NCBI GenBank assembly: GCA_963805975.1
Contig: CAWDVR010000001.1
Span: forward strand, 960,001 to 1,024,000
Reading direction: 5' to 3'
From: an uncultured Acidobacteriota bacterium
GTDB taxonomy: Bacteria; Acidobacteriota; Thermoanaerobaculia; Multivoradales; SZUA-115
Length of the DNA: 64,000 nt
How positions within the stretch are numbered: the first letter of the stretch is position 1; each line of letters starts with the position of its first letter. The notes beneath the pieces were generated by a model that worked only from the letters and a program-made list of their open reading frames with translations, ran no database searches and was not told the origin of the DNA. Both the position numbers and the translations under genes were made by a program. This document shows, one piece after another, positions 51,559 through 64,000 of this stretch.

Positions 51559-51977
51559 GCCGGCTGGCGCAGGTGGTCGAGACCTGGCTCGCGGGCGAGC
51601 GCGAGCTGGCGCCGATCACCGCGTTCCTCGGCGTGCGGCCGGTGGCGCTCGGCGAGGGCGAGGCGCGGATCGAGCTGACGGTGGGGGAGCGCCTCCACAA
51701 CGCCATGGGCACGGTCCACGGCGGCATCCTCTGCGACCTCGCCGACGTGGCCATGGGCGCGGCCCTCGCCACCGTCACCGCCGACGGCGAGTCCTTCACC
51801 ACGCTCCAGCTTCAGATGAGCTACTTCCTGCCGGTGGTAGAAGGCCGCCTCGGCGCCCACGCCCGCGTGACCCGCCGCGGCCGCACCACCGCCCACCTCG
51901 AATGCGATCTCGAGGACGCCGAGGGCCGGCTGGTGGCACGGGCGACCTCGGTGTGCGCGATCCGGCAGGCGGGGTGA
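51555..51977 (+). CDS. PaaI family hotdog thioesterase
   Basis: HNAMGTVHGGILCDLADVAMG. ATGA overlap. Confidence 0.9.
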   Translation: MSRLAQVVETWLAGERELAPITAFLGVRPVALGEGEARIELTVGERLHNAMGTVHGGILCDLADVAMGAALATVTADGESFTTLQLQMSYFLPVVEGRLGAHARVTRRGRTTAHLECDLEDAEGRLVARATSVCAIRQAG

Positions 51978-52011
51978 CCGTAGGGCAACCGGCGCGCGCC
52001 CTGCGCACATC

Positions 52012-52971
52012 TCAGACGCCGTTTCGGCTTTGCGTCACCATCCACTCGACGATGGCGGAGAAACGCCGAGGGTCCAGCGCGTGGTCGCGCCCAACGTCGA
52101 GATGGCGCAGCCTTTCCTCTGCACCGGCGGCTCGAAACGCCGGTCTCGCGTTGGCTACCAGATCGGCCGCATCGGCAGCGTACGGGTCGCGGTCCGAGGA
52201 CACGACGAGGAGATCCCGCGGAGCCACGCAGCGCATCAAGTCGTCGAAGTCGAAACGGCTCGCGAAGCCGGGGATGACGAGCGCCATCTCGAGGGCCGTG
52301 CCCTGCGCCAGCTTGTGCCTGTACGAGCAGGCTGCTCCACTGCAGCAGGCGAAAGCGATGCGGGTGTCCAAGGCAGCGGCAAACAGTGCCACGGTGCCGC
52401 CATGGGAATGGCCGACGATGCCCACCCGCTCGGCATCGGCCAGCTCCTGAATGGCCGTCACGGCCGTGGCGACGTCGGTCAGGAGCTTCGTCATCAGGAG
52501 CTCACCACGCACCAGCCGGTGCATCGCGTGATTGTAGTACTGGAGCCAGCCGTCCGCGGTGCCGCGTGTCCTGGTGATTTGCGGGCCGAGAGAGGCGCCG
52601 TGGCCGGCTGGGCCGCGGCGGGATTCGAAACCGACGGCGTCCGGCGCGAGAACCATCACTCCCGCACGGGCCAGGGCGGGGCCAAAGGCTTGTAGAGGGT
52701 CCCCGGCCAGCCCGGCGATCTCGCTCTTGCCCAGGGTCCACTCGCTGTTGTGCTGGTGCAAGGCCACGACCGCGGCCCTCGCCCTCGCCGCCTGCGGTTG
52801 GAACAGGAACGCCTCGACGGTGTCGCCGTCCGACGTCGGGTACGAGACGGCCCGGCGCGTGAAGCCATCCTCACGAACCTCTTCGTGCACCACGGGAGCG
52901 CCTTCGCGCCGGGGCTCTTCGAGGCCGAGGAACGTCCTGATCTCCGAGCGCAGCGCGTCCACGTTGCTCAC
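52012..52971 (-). CDS. Alpha/beta hydrolase (dienelactone hydrolase-like)
   Basis: VVALHQH..GKSE, APDAVGFESR, GHSHGG nucleophile, APR.LLVV..D, DH. Confidence 0.82.
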   Translation of the reverse strand: MSNVDALRSEIRTFLGLEEPRREGAPVVHEEVREDGFTRRAVSYPTSDGDTVEAFLFQPQAARARAAVVALHQHNSEWTLGKSEIAGLAGDPLQAFGPALARAGVMVLAPDAVGFESRRGPAGHGASLGPQITRTRGTADGWLQYYNHAMHRLVRGELLMTKLLTDVATAVTAIQELADAERVGIVGHSHGGTVALFAAALDTRIAFACCSGAACSYRHKLAQGTALEMALVIPGFASRFDFDDLMRCVAPRDLLVVSSDRDPYAADAADLVANARPAFRAAGAEERLRHLDVGRDHALDPRRFSAIVEWMVTQSRNGV

Positions 52972-53034
52972 CCGCCTGCCAGTGGCCCTAGAATGCCCTG
53001 GACCGGAGGGCAGGACCAACCAAGGGAGAACGCC

Positions 53035-53814
53035 ATGTCCGAAGACTACCCCCGCGGCCGCTTCGTGTGGCACGAGCTGCAGACCACCGACCCGGAGGCC
53101 GCCCAGGCCTTTTACACCGCCCTGATCGGCTGGGAGGCGAAGCCGATGGAAGGCTCGGACCCGCCCTACACCGTGTTCGGGATCGGCGAGGCGATGCTGG
53201 GGGGCCTGATGAAGCTGCCTCCTGCCGCGGCTGCCGCAGGCGCGCCGCCCCACTGGCTCGGCTCGGTCACCGTCCCGGACGTCGATGCCACCACGGCTCA
53301 GGCCACCGACCTGGGCGCGACGGTGCTGATGGCACCGATGGACGTCCCCGACATGGGCCGCTTCTCGGTGATCCGTGACCCCCAGGGCGCGGTGATCTCG
53401 ACCTGGCACGCGTTCGGCGAAGAGGGCGGCCGGGACGACGCGCCGGCCGTCGGCAGGTTCTCCTGGCACGAGCTCTATGCCACCGACCACGAGGCGGCCT
53501 TCGCCTTCTACTCCGCGCTCTTCGGCTGGAAGAAGCTCGAGGCGGTCGACATGGGCCCGATGGGCATCTACCAGCTCTTCGGCCGCACCGACGTGCCCCT
53601 GGGCGGCATGTTCGACAAGCCTGCCGACATGCCCGCGCCGCCCCACTGGCTGTACTACATCCGGGTGGCCGACCTTCAGCAGGCCGTGGAGAAGGTGGCG
53701 CCTCTCGGCGGCCAGGTGCTCATCGGTCCGATGGAGGTGCCGGGCGGTGACTGGATCGCGCAGTGCCTGGACCCCCAGGGCGCGGCTTTCGCACTGCACC
53801 AGACGGCCCAGTAG
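53035..53814 (+). CDS. VOC/glyoxalase family two-domain protein
   Basis: GRFVWHELQTTD..AFY..L.GW repeated, DPQGA twice. Confidence 0.9.
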   Translation: MSEDYPRGRFVWHELQTTDPEAAQAFYTALIGWEAKPMEGSDPPYTVFGIGEAMLGGLMKLPPAAAAAGAPPHWLGSVTVPDVDATTAQATDLGATVLMAPMDVPDMGRFSVIRDPQGAVISTWHAFGEEGGRDDAPAVGRFSWHELYATDHEAAFAFYSALFGWKKLEAVDMGPMGIYQLFGRTDVPLGGMFDKPADMPAPPHWLYYIRVADLQQAVEKVAPLGGQVLIGPMEVPGGDWIAQCLDPQGAAFALHQTAQ

Positions 53815-53852
53815 GCAGCGGTGAGCCGGGGCTCCCGGCCGGGGAGGCGAGG

Positions 53853-56300
53853 ATGGCGGGTCTGAGGCGAGACCTACGGCAGGCCCTGCGCGGGCTGGCG
53901 GCAAGCCCCACTTTCACCGCGGTGGTGGTGCTCTCGCTCGCCCTGGGGATCGGCGCGGCGACCACCATCTTCACGCTGACCGACAAGGTGCTCCTGGCGC
54001 CGCTGCCGGTGGCCGAGCCCGAGAGGCTGGTGTCCGTCTTCGCCCAGAAGGAGGCGGCGGGCCCGTTCCTCCAGACCTCGTACCCCAACTACCGGGACCT
54101 GCGGGATCGCAACACGGTGTTCACGACGCTCGCCGCCTGCCAGTGGGTGAGCCTGAGCCTGAGCAGTGGCGACCGGCCGGAGCAGATCATGGGCCAGCTC
54201 GTCACCGGCAACTTCTTCGAGCTGCTGGGGGTGCCGCCGGCGAAGGGCCGGGGCTTCCTGCCGGAGGAGGACGCGACGCCAGGAAGCCACCCGGTGGTGG
54301 TGCTCTCGCACCGGCTCTGGCAGCGCCGCTTCGGCGGCGACCCGGCGCTCCTGGGAAACACGGTGGAGATCAACCGCCGGCCGTTCACGGTGGTGGGGAT
54401 CGCTCCCGAGGGGTTCAAGGGCCGGGGCCGGGTGGACCCCACGGACGCCTGGGTACCGCTGATGATGCACGGCACGGTCTTCTCCTACTCGGCCCAGGTC
54501 GAGGAGCGGGGGTGGGGCCTCTTCGCCCTCGTCGGCCGCCTGGCCCCGGGCGTCACTGTGGCCGGTGCGCAGGCAGCCTTGAGCTCCCTGGCCGGCGAGC
54601 TGGCGAAGGAGTTCCCGGAGGCCAACCAGGGCCGGAGGCTCGTGGTGCTGCCGCTCGAGGAGACCGCCATGGAACCGACGCTCGACGCCCGGCTGCGCAA
54701 GGCGGCGCAGGGCTTCGGCGCTGCCGCCCTGGTGCTGCTGGTGATCGCCTGGATCAACGCCGCCAGCCTCTTCCTGGTGCGGGGCCGGCGCCGGGCCGGC
54801 GAGGTGGCGCTGCGCCTCTCGCTGGGGGCCGGCTGGCGCCAGTTGGTGCGCCCGACCGTGGTGGAGAGCGTGCTCCTGGCCCTCGCCGCAGGAGCCGTCG
54901 CCCTGCCCCTGACCGCCCTGGGCCGGAATCTCCTGTTGCGGGTCCGGCCACCCTACCTGCCGGAGGGCTCGGTGGACTTCGGCCTCGACTGGCGAGCGGT
55001 GCTGTTCGCCGCTGCCGTGGCCCTGCTCACGGGCCTGGTCTGCGGTCTCCTTCCGGCGCTGCGCGCGGCCCGCGTGGCGCCAGCGGCGGTGCTCAAGGAG
55101 CATGCCTCGACCACGGGCGGGGGCCGTTTCACTCTCGGGCAGATGCTGGTGGTGGGCCAGGTGGCGCTCTCGCTCCTGGCCCTGATCGGCGCCGGCCTCT
55201 TCCTGCGCAGCTTCTGGAGCGCCCGCCAGGTGGACCCCGGCTTCGACGCCCACCGCCTGCTGGCCATCTCCTTCCGGCCGAGCGCCCTGGGGTTGGACGA
55301 GGCGGAGGGCCTGGAGCTCGTCCGGCGGATGACCGCGGCGGCGGCGGGTGTGGCCGGCGTCGAGTCGGCGGCGGTCTCGGGCAAGCTCCTCTTCAACCCG
55401 ATGGAGATCCGGCGTCACGCCTTCCCGGAGGAGCGGGTCCTCGAGCCCGGCGAGGAGGCGGAGCTGATCGCCATGACCCAGATCAGCCCCGGATACTTCG
55501 AGGCCGTCGGTCTGCCGTTGGTCCGCGGCCGGGGCTTCGAGGAAGGGGACGACGGGGACGCGCCCCGGGTGGCGGTGATCAGCGAGGCCCTGTCCCGGCG
55601 CTTCTGGCCCGGCGAGGAAGCGCTGGGGCGGCGCCTGCTGCTCTCCGGCGACGAGCCGCCGGTGACGGTGGTGGGAGTGGCGCGAGACGTGCGCTACGGC
55701 TCGCTCCTGACCGCGGTGGAGCCCTACTTCTATCTCCCCCTGGCCCAGGACTACAACGGCGCGCTGGCGCTCTACGTCCGCACCCGCACCCGGCCGCTCT
55801 CGCTGGCCGGCCCGATCCGCGACGCGGTGCAGGCGGCGGCGCCCGGGCTGCCGCTGCTGGCGGTCAAGACCGGTGAGGAGCTGGTGGCGGGGTCGCTCTG
55901 GGCCTCACGGCTGGGCTTCGTCGTGATGAGCTTCTTCGGTGCCCTGGCCCTGGCGCTCGCGACGCTGGGGACCTACGGCGTCACCGCGGACTGGGTGAGC
56001 CGGCGGCGGCGGGAGATCGGCATGCGGGTCGCGCTGGGGGCCGGCCGGAGGGCCGTCCTCCAACTGGTGTTGCGCCAGGCTTTGACGACCGTGGCCGCCG
56101 GGCTCGCCGTCGGCCTGCTGGCGGCTCTCGCCTCGACCCGCCTGCTCGCTTCCCAGCTCTACGCCGTGAGCCCGGTCGATCCCCTGACCTTCGGTGGGAT
56201 GGCCGCTTTTCTGGGGCTGGTGGCCCTCGCCGCCGGCTTCCTCCCCGCCCGCCGCGCCACGGCTGTGGACCCGGTCTCGGCGCTGCGTAGAGACGGCTGA
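53853..56300 (+). CDS. ADOP-type duplicated MacB/FtsX ABC permease
   Basis: DLRQALRGL..P.FT, SYPNYRDLR, REIGMRVALGA, PARRAT.VDP..ALR. Confidence 0.9.
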   Translation: MAGLRRDLRQALRGLAASPTFTAVVVLSLALGIGAATTIFTLTDKVLLAPLPVAEPERLVSVFAQKEAAGPFLQTSYPNYRDLRDRNTVFTTLAACQWVSLSLSSGDRPEQIMGQLVTGNFFELLGVPPAKGRGFLPEEDATPGSHPVVVLSHRLWQRRFGGDPALLGNTVEINRRPFTVVGIAPEGFKGRGRVDPTDAWVPLMMHGTVFSYSAQVEERGWGLFALVGRLAPGVTVAGAQAALSSLAGELAKEFPEANQGRRLVVLPLEETAMEPTLDARLRKAAQGFGAAALVLLVIAWINAASLFLVRGRRRAGEVALRLSLGAGWRQLVRPTVVESVLLALAAGAVALPLTALGRNLLLRVRPPYLPEGSVDFGLDWRAVLFAAAVALLTGLVCGLLPALRAARVAPAAVLKEHASTTGGGRFTLGQMLVVGQVALSLLALIGAGLFLRSFWSARQVDPGFDAHRLLAISFRPSALGLDEAEGLELVRRMTAAAAGVAGVESAAVSGKLLFNPMEIRRHAFPEERVLEPGEEAELIAMTQISPGYFEAVGLPLVRGRGFEEGDDGDAPRVAVISEALSRRFWPGEEALGRRLLLSGDEPPVTVVGVARDVRYGSLLTAVEPYFYLPLAQDYNGALALYVRTRTRPLSLAGPIRDAVQAAAPGLPLLAVKTGEELVAGSLWASRLGFVVMSFFGALALALATLGTYGVTADWVSRRRREIGMRVALGAGRRAVLQLVLRQALTTVAAGLAVGLLAALASTRLLASQLYAVSPVDPLTFGGMAAFLGLVALAAGFLPARRATAVDPVSALRRDG

Positions 56301-56335
56301 GACCCCACCGCGCACCGGCATCCCGGCCGGCGCCC

Positions 56336-57341
56336 TCAGCGCAGGCCCGCCGCCTCCTCCAGCACGCGGATCAGACCCTCGGTGACCCGCGCCAGGCGCA
56401 AGTAGTCCAGGCGCTCGGCCGTGTCCTTGGAACGATGGTAGGCAGGGTCCCGGAAGAGCGCGGTGTCGGTCACCAGCACGGCAGGGTAGCCCTGCTGCCA
56501 GAAGGAAGCGTGATCGGACCAGCCGATGCCGGAGACCCAGGCCGGGGCGGCCAGGCCCTCGGTGGGGAAGGCGGCCGCTTCGCGGAAGCTGGCGATGGTC
56601 CGGCGCAGCAGGCGCCGGGAGCCGAGGTTCGAGGCGAAGGCGAGAAAGTCTCCTCGCTTGGGAAAGAACGGGCGCAGCAGAGCCGGGTAGCGCTGGCTGC
56701 CGGGCTCGTCGCTGTAGAAGGCGAGCGAGTCGAGGGCGAACATGGCCTCGATCTCCTCCCCCGCGGCGCGGCTCGCGCGGGCGTAGACCTGGCTGCCCAT
56801 GACCTCGCTGCCGAAGAAGGGTGGCTCCTCGGTGGCGAAGAAGACCAGGCGCAGGGTCCGTTCGCCCTGCCGCCCGGCCAGCCGTCGGGCGATCTCCAGG
56901 ATCGCGGCACAGCTCGACGCGTTGTCGTTGGCCCCGGGGCTGTGGTGGGCGGAGTCGTAGTGCGCGCCCAGGAGGACGATGCCGCCGCGGCCGGCGGCCG
57001 GCGGCGCGCCGATGGTGGGGAGCTCCACCTCGAGGTTGCGATACGGGTGCCCGTAGGCATCGAACGGTTGGGAGCGGACGGCGTAGCCGAAACCCGCGAG
57101 CTGCGACTCCAGGTACTCGGCCGCCTGCGCGGTGGTAGCGGGCCGGTCGCGCGGGCCGATCCCTTCGGCGAGGTGGTGGACGTGGGCGCTCCAGCCCCTC
57201 GGCCAGGCGCTCCTGGAGCGGCGTCGCCGCCGGCAACGGGCCCTGGTGCCGAGGGCCCGGCATGGCGAGAGTGGCCGTGTAGAGGAAGTAGACGGCCACG
57301 GCGACCGCGAGGACGATCCCCCAAGTCATTTTCGATCTCAC
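56336..57341 (-). CDS. M28 family peptidase, +1 frameshift at ~57185
   Basis: GAHYDS, PGANDNAS, TEEPP, SDH.SF, YH..DT. The N-terminal TM part joins the catalytic part if one base of GGG 57184-57186 is removed. Confidence 0.82.
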
Positions 57342-57420
57342 CCTGCGATCCTTTCTGCTGGCGCGATGTTATCGGCGCTCGGCAGGCGGGCCAAGCCCCG
57401 CCTGCCGTAAGATCTCGGCC

Positions 57421-58320
57421 GTGAAACGAATCTGGAAGTGGCTGGCCGTCGGCGCGGCGCTGATCCTGGTGATCTGGGGCGGGGTCGAGGCCTGGCGGTA
57501 TTACTACACGCAGTCGGTCTTCTACCGCACCTACGACATCCGGCCGGCTTCCCTGACCCTGCCGACCGACCCGGCGGCCCTGGAGCACGGCCGCTACTTG
57601 GCTTTCGCGGTGGCGAAGTGCGCTCTCTGCCATGGCGACGACATGGCGGGCAAGGTCGTCTCGGACAACGCGCTGGGCCGCTTCACGGCCCCCAACCTCA
57701 CCCGCGGCAAGGGCGGGGTCGACGCCGAGCTGACCGTAGACGACTATGTGCGGGCCATCCGCCACGGCGTGGGCCGGGACCGCCAACCGCTGTTCTACAT
57801 GGCGGCCAAGTACTTCAACGAGCTGTCCGACGAGGACCTGGCGGCGATGATCGCCTGGATCCGCAGCCTGCCGCCCGTGGACCGCGAGCTGCCGCCCTTC
57901 GAGCTGCGCCGCGCGAGCCGCACCTACTGGCTGCAGGGCAACTTTCCGGACCTGGTCCACGCCCACCTGATCGATCACCAGGCCACGCATCCCCCCGCGC
58001 CGCCGCCGGGCGTCACGGTGGAGTACGGCCGCTACCTGACTCTCGTCGCCACCTGCCGGGCCTGCCACGGGGACGAGCTGGCCGGCCACCCCAACAAGGC
58101 CTACAGCCGGAACGCGCCGCCGCTGACGCCGGGCAGCCGGTTCAGCATCTGGACGGTGGAGCAGTTCATCCATGCCATCCGCACCGGCGAGACCCCCGGC
58201 GGCTACAAGCTCTCCCCGGAGTACATGAACCTCGAGTACACCGGCATGCTGACCGACGACGATCTCAGGGCCACGTACCTGTACCTCAAGTCGCTGCCGG
58301 CGCCGGCAGCGAGCCGCTGA
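57421..58320 (+). CDS. Membrane-anchored di-haem cytochrome c
   Basis: N-terminal TM helix, HGRYLA..CALCHG..APNLT, YGRYL..CRACHG. Confidence 0.88.
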   Translation: MKRIWKWLAVGAALILVIWGGVEAWRYYYTQSVFYRTYDIRPASLTLPTDPAALEHGRYLAFAVAKCALCHGDDMAGKVVSDNALGRFTAPNLTRGKGGVDAELTVDDYVRAIRHGVGRDRQPLFYMAAKYFNELSDEDLAAMIAWIRSLPPVDRELPPFELRRASRTYWLQGNFPDLVHAHLIDHQATHPPAPPPGVTVEYGRYLTLVATCRACHGDELAGHPNKAYSRNAPPLTPGSRFSIWTVEQFIHAIRTGETPGGYKLSPEYMNLEYTGMLTDDDLRATYLYLKSLPAPAASR

Positions 58321-58333
58321 CGGGGCCGCGCCC

Positions 58334-64000
<5,667 letters not shown>

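Noticed and set aside
46700-52000. Integrative element or prophage at tRNA-Lys
   Set aside because: No integrase, phage genes or duplicated tRNA 3' end (att site) were seen by eye. Island status is unproven.

Overview
A GC-rich, gene-dense bacterial window. It is probably Acidobacteriota (Thermoanaerobaculia-like), inferred from two ADOP-type orphan ABC permeases and the duplicated 'GYFYFF..NVE..KVL' domain. Anchors are purA (18382-19716) and tRNA-Lys(TTT) (46700-46775). Main blocks: (1) a tandem-HTH / TPR / secreted 'DGPxxDPxG'-repeat peptide module (0.5-4.3 kb); (2) a peptidoglycan amidase coupled to a MamK-like actin, with no other magnetosome genes in the window; (3) secreted enzymes and a small variable patch after purA with a RelE-type TA pair; (4) a ~21 kb minus-strand run (24.3-45.3 kb) next to a divergent sensor-less sigma-54 activator, with a perfect -24/-12 promoter and paired upstream sites ahead of a LolA-like gene, two di-haem DHOR-type oxidoreductases, two near-identical secreted proteins and a nucleotidyltransferase-GT2 fusion, which is the best candidate for an undescribed system; (5) a lipid-tailoring cluster after the tRNA (two desaturases, Cfa-type methyltransferase, CarF/TMEM189-type desaturase, thioesterase); (6) the start of a FAAL-ACP-C-A-PCP-C lipopeptide NRPS running off the end. 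Four genes carry single-base frameshifts, likely long-read assembly errors. All family calls come from motif recognition by eye, not database searches.
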